A DNA stretch of 64,000 nucleotides, from positions 7,537 through 71,536 of the forward strand of contig JBAZVM010000008.1 of assembly GCA_041660885.1 (NCBI GenBank), given 5' to 3'. The notes beneath the pieces are model-generated. The model did no database searches and was not told the origin of the DNA. It saw only the letters and a program-made list of their open reading frames with translations. The position numbers and the translations under genes are program-made. The DNA is from Patescibacteria group bacterium (GTDB lineage Bacteria; Patescibacteriota; Patescibacteriia; UBA9570; JAHJKD01). This document shows positions 61,540 to 64,000 of the stretch, one piece after another (positions within the stretch are counted from its first letter, which is position 1; each line of letters starts with the position of its first letter).

Positions 61540-62115
61540 ATGTGGGGACTAGGAATTCTTGGCGTAGTTATCGCCATTTTAGTGGGCATTGTGCTTGTTT
61601 TAGGCGTATGGCTCATTGCCGTTTACAACAGCTTGGTTAAGCTTAAAAACCAAGTAGACGAAGGCTGGAGCGACATCGACGTGCAATTAAAGCGCCGGCA
61701 CGATTTAATCCCGAATTTGGTGGAAACCGTAAAAGGGTACGCCAGCCACGAAAAAACCCTTCTCGAAAACGTAACCAAAGCGAGAACCGCGGCCATGGGT
61801 GCGCAAACTCCTTCTGAAATGGCTAAAGCAGAAGAAGGTTTAATGGGAACACTAAAATCGTTATTCGCCGTGGCGGAAAACTATCCGCAATTAAAAGCCA
61901 ACGAAAACTTTGGTAAATTGCAAGATGAATTATCAGACACGGAAAATAAAATACAAGCTTCCCGCCGCTTTTACAACGGTGTTGTGCGCGATTTCAACAT
62001 TAAAATTGAAGTATTCCCGAATAATATGGTGGCCGGCATGCTGAAATTCACCAAACGCGCCTTCTTTGAAGTGGCAGATGCGGCAGAAAGAGAAAATGTA
62101 GCAGTAAAATTTTAA
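61540..62115 (+). CDS. lemA: LemA family protein
   Basis: 191 aa. An N-terminal TM, then [39 protein letters not shown]...[21 protein letters not shown]...RR.YN, which is canonical LemA. Confidence 0.9.
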   Translation: MWGLGILGVVIAILVGIVLVLGVWLIAVYNSLVKLKNQVDEGWSDIDVQLKRRHDLIPNLVETVKGYASHEKTLLENVTKARTAAMGAQTPSEMAKAEEGLMGTLKSLFAVAENYPQLKANENFGKLQDELSDTENKIQASRRFYNGVVRDFNIKIEVFPNNMVAGMLKFTKRAFFEVADAAERENVAVKF

Positions 62116-62122
62116 ATAATTA

Positions 62123-63022
62123 ATGACCGCTTACAACCAAATAGCTTCCAATAAGAGAAGAACTATAATTCTAATAGCTTTGTTTGTTATTGTTATTATT
62201 GCTTTAGGATATGTTTTCTCCCAAGCCATGGATTACGGCTGGGGCGGAGTGATTCTCGCTACCATTCTCTCTGTCGTCATGTCTTTAGTTAGCTATTATT
62301 CCGGTGATAAACTGGCTTTATTAACCGCCGGAGCCAAGGGGCCAATTAAAAAAGAAGAAAATGCCTACGCTTACCGTTTAGTGGAAAATCTGGCCATAAC
62401 CGCGGGCTTGCCCATGCCGAAGGTATATATTATCCCCGATTCGGCCATAAACGCTTTTGCCACAGGCCGCGATCCTAAACACGCATCTATAGCCATTACC
62501 CAGGGAGCCATAGCCAATTTAGAGAACGAAGAGCTGGAAGGAGTAGTAGCGCATGAATTGGCGCATATCAAGAATTACGATATTCGCTTGATGATGATTG
62601 TGATTATTTGCGTAAGCATTACCACTTTATTGGCCAATTGGTTTTTTCGCTTTAGTTTTTTCGGCGGCCGGCGAAGCAGCAACCGCAATGGTGGAGGGGC
62701 GGGAATTATTTTATTGTTGATCGGAATTGTTTTAGCCATTCTTTCTCCCGTCGCGGCCAAATTGATCCAGCTGGCCATTTCCCGCAAACGCGAATTTATG
62801 GCCGATGCCTCGGGAGTGCTGCTTACCAGATACCCGGAAGGGCTGGCAAAAGCGCTAGAAAAAATAAACCAGCAAGATTTACCGCTAATGCGCGCTAATA
62901 AAGCCACGGCGCATCTATACATTAGCAACCCATTCGCGCATAAAAAAGGCTTTTTTTCTAAAATGTTTTCCACCCACCCCCCTATTGAAGAACGCGTCAA
63001 AGCATTAAGATCTATCGCATAA
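62123..63022 (+). CDS. htpX: M48-family zinc metalloprotease, HtpX-like
   Basis: 299 aa and polytopic. HEXXH as HELAHIKNYD. The downstream Glu is in REFMADASG, and the C-terminus reads THPPIEERV. Confidence 0.9.
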   Translation: MTAYNQIASNKRRTIILIALFVIVIIALGYVFSQAMDYGWGGVILATILSVVMSLVSYYSGDKLALLTAGAKGPIKKEENAYAYRLVENLAITAGLPMPKVYIIPDSAINAFATGRDPKHASIAITQGAIANLENEELEGVVAHELAHIKNYDIRLMMIVIICVSITTLLANWFFRFSFFGGRRSSNRNGGGAGIILLLIGIVLAILSPVAAKLIQLAISRKREFMADASGVLLTRYPEGLAKALEKINQQDLPLMRANKATAHLYISNPFAHKKGFFSKMFSTHPPIEERVKALRSIA

Positions 63023-63039
63023 AAAATTAATATAAAAAT

Positions 63040-63846
63040 ATGAGCCAACACCATCAAGTGATCAGCGTTACGGAAATTTGGTACAGTACCTGGAAAATTT
63101 TTTCCAGCCACTTTATAAAATTCCTTTTTGTGGCCGCCATACCGCTTATAATTTCTTCCTTATTCATGTGGAGCACCGTGGGCTCATTTGTCGTTTCATT
63201 AAAAACTTTGCCGGATCCGCGGGAAATATTCAGCGCTTCTTCGGGCTTTGTTTATTTCTCTATAATCGCTTTCATTATTATAATAATCAGCCAAATATGG
63301 GGCGCTATCGCCATTTTAGTGGCTGCCGTTTATCATAAAGATATCAAGCTGGGTACAATTTTCTATAAATCTTTGGAATATTTTTGGTCATTCATTTTAT
63401 TGGTTCTGCTTACAGCCGTAGTTATAACTTTAGGCATGGTTTTAAGCTATATTGTCATAACTTTAATCGGAGCGCTGATGGGCTTGGTTAATCTTTCTTA
63501 TTTAAAAGATTACTTCGCGTTATTAAATATCGTTCCGGCTTTGCTCAGTATCTTTATATTATTTTCCTTAATTTTTTCTCCGTATTTTCTTATCGAAGCC
63601 AAAGTCGGAGCTTGGCAATCCATGCGTAAAAGCTATAGATTGGTTAAGACTTACTTTTTCCCCATCGTCATTCGGCTAGTTATCGCTTATTTTATTGTTT
63701 ATACCTTGGCGTTTATCCTGAAATTCATCCCTTACGTCGGGGAAACTTTAAGCGTGCTGTTATCCGTACCATTAATTACGATTTATACTTTTGTCCTTTA
63801 CTCCGACCTTAAACCTAAAACCGAAATAACCAACAATGCCTCTTGA
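63040..63846 (+). CDS. Polytopic membrane protein, hypothetical
   Basis: 268 aa with about 6 hydrophobic segments. No motif recognised. Confidence 0.5.
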   Translation: MSQHHQVISVTEIWYSTWKIFSSHFIKFLFVAAIPLIISSLFMWSTVGSFVVSLKTLPDPREIFSASSGFVYFSIIAFIIIIISQIWGAIAILVAAVYHKDIKLGTIFYKSLEYFWSFILLVLLTAVVITLGMVLSYIVITLIGALMGLVNLSYLKDYFALLNIVPALLSIFILFSLIFSPYFLIEAKVGAWQSMRKSYRLVKTYFFPIVIRLVIAYFIVYTLAFILKFIPYVGETLSVLLSVPLITIYTFVLYSDLKPKTEITNNAS

Positions 63847-64000
63847 TATTCTAAATAAGTTCACCAGCAACCTAAAAAATGCCTTGGGCCAAGCGATAAA
63901 TCTCTCCTGGAAATTCAAAAATCCGGAAGTTTCTTCGTTGCATCTTTTTATCGGCTTATTGGAACAAAAAGGCAGTTTAGCCGCGGAAATTTTGCGTAAA
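63836..64000 (+). CDS. Clp/Hsp100-type ATPase, N-terminal Clp_N repeat only (runs off the right edge)
   Basis: ATG 63836 gives MPLDILNKFTSNLKNALGQAINLSWKFKNPEVSSLHLFIGLLEQKGSLAAEILRK, the Clp_N pattern (F....L..A...A......V...HLL.GLL.......A..IL). Confidence 0.6.
   Translation, partial: MPLDILNKFTSNLKNALGQAINLSWKFKNPEVSSLHLFIGLLEQKGSLAAEILRK

Noticed and set aside
61540-63022. The LemA-HtpX gene pair as a candidate novel system
   Set aside because: LemA followed by an M48/HtpX-like protease is a common, widely observed membrane-stress gene pair. Nothing unusual is seen in the sequence.
1-64000. Possibility of an alternative genetic code (UGA recoding, as in some CPR lineages)
   Set aside because: Long ORFs are intact under the standard code. 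TGA is used as a terminal stop (for example pilC at 46520-46522 and pilD at 45163-45165) with the correct protein C-termini.

Overview
The window is a gene-dense, AT-rich bacterial fragment read with the standard code (TGA, TAA and TAG all end long ORFs). I support 42 CDS, 2 tRNAs and one candidate structured RNA. About 61 kb (positions 1-60959) is almost entirely minus-strand. The gene content is many small stand-alone receiver proteins, a secretin-less type IV pilus (T4P) locus, GatCA, giant surface proteins and little metabolism. By inference only, this resembles a reduced, possibly episymbiotic Patescibacteria/CPR-like organism. Left to right: (i) 1-4996 holds a partial second PilB/GspE-like ATPase behind a receiver, a histidine kinase, a kinase-less CHASE-PAS sensor and another receiver. 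(ii) 5083-7127 holds tRNA-Gly(CCC), a MacB/Lol-like ABC pair and tRNA-Pro(GGG). (iii) 7170-7560 is a GC-rich, helix-rich non-coding region that I could not classify. (iv) 7606-15815 holds a DUF3160-like plus FG-GAP pair, a Wzy/O-antigen-ligase-like TPR membrane protein, a receiver-Ndk-hypothetical-chorismate mutase operon, and GatC-GatA. (v) 15915-40654 holds three tandem giant paralogous genes (1690, 3127 and 3389 aa) that share a peculiar N-terminal two-hydrophobic-segment module and a basic C-terminal domain of about 160 aa. (vi) ligA follows at 40720-42702. (vii) 42706-54981 is a complete monoderm-style T4P locus: pilM, pilN, pilO, an FN3 protein, pilB, a receiver, pilT, pilC, pilA, pilD, three minor pilins and a PilX-like protein. 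It is headed by three secreted repeat proteins at 55083-60959. (viii) 61049-64000 (plus strand) holds a small membrane protein, LemA, HtpX, another membrane protein and the start of a Clp-type ATPase. The best candidate for something new is the pilus-linked giant-protein array with its shared N- and C-terminal modules; the C-terminal domain also seems to occur in the FG-GAP protein upstream of pilM. Second-tier observations are the unclassified structured RNA, GC-rich perfect palindromes sitting in frame inside three unrelated genes, a gene-conversion tract between the giant paralogs, and apparently leaderless promoters. All family assignments come from reading motifs by eye; no searches were run.
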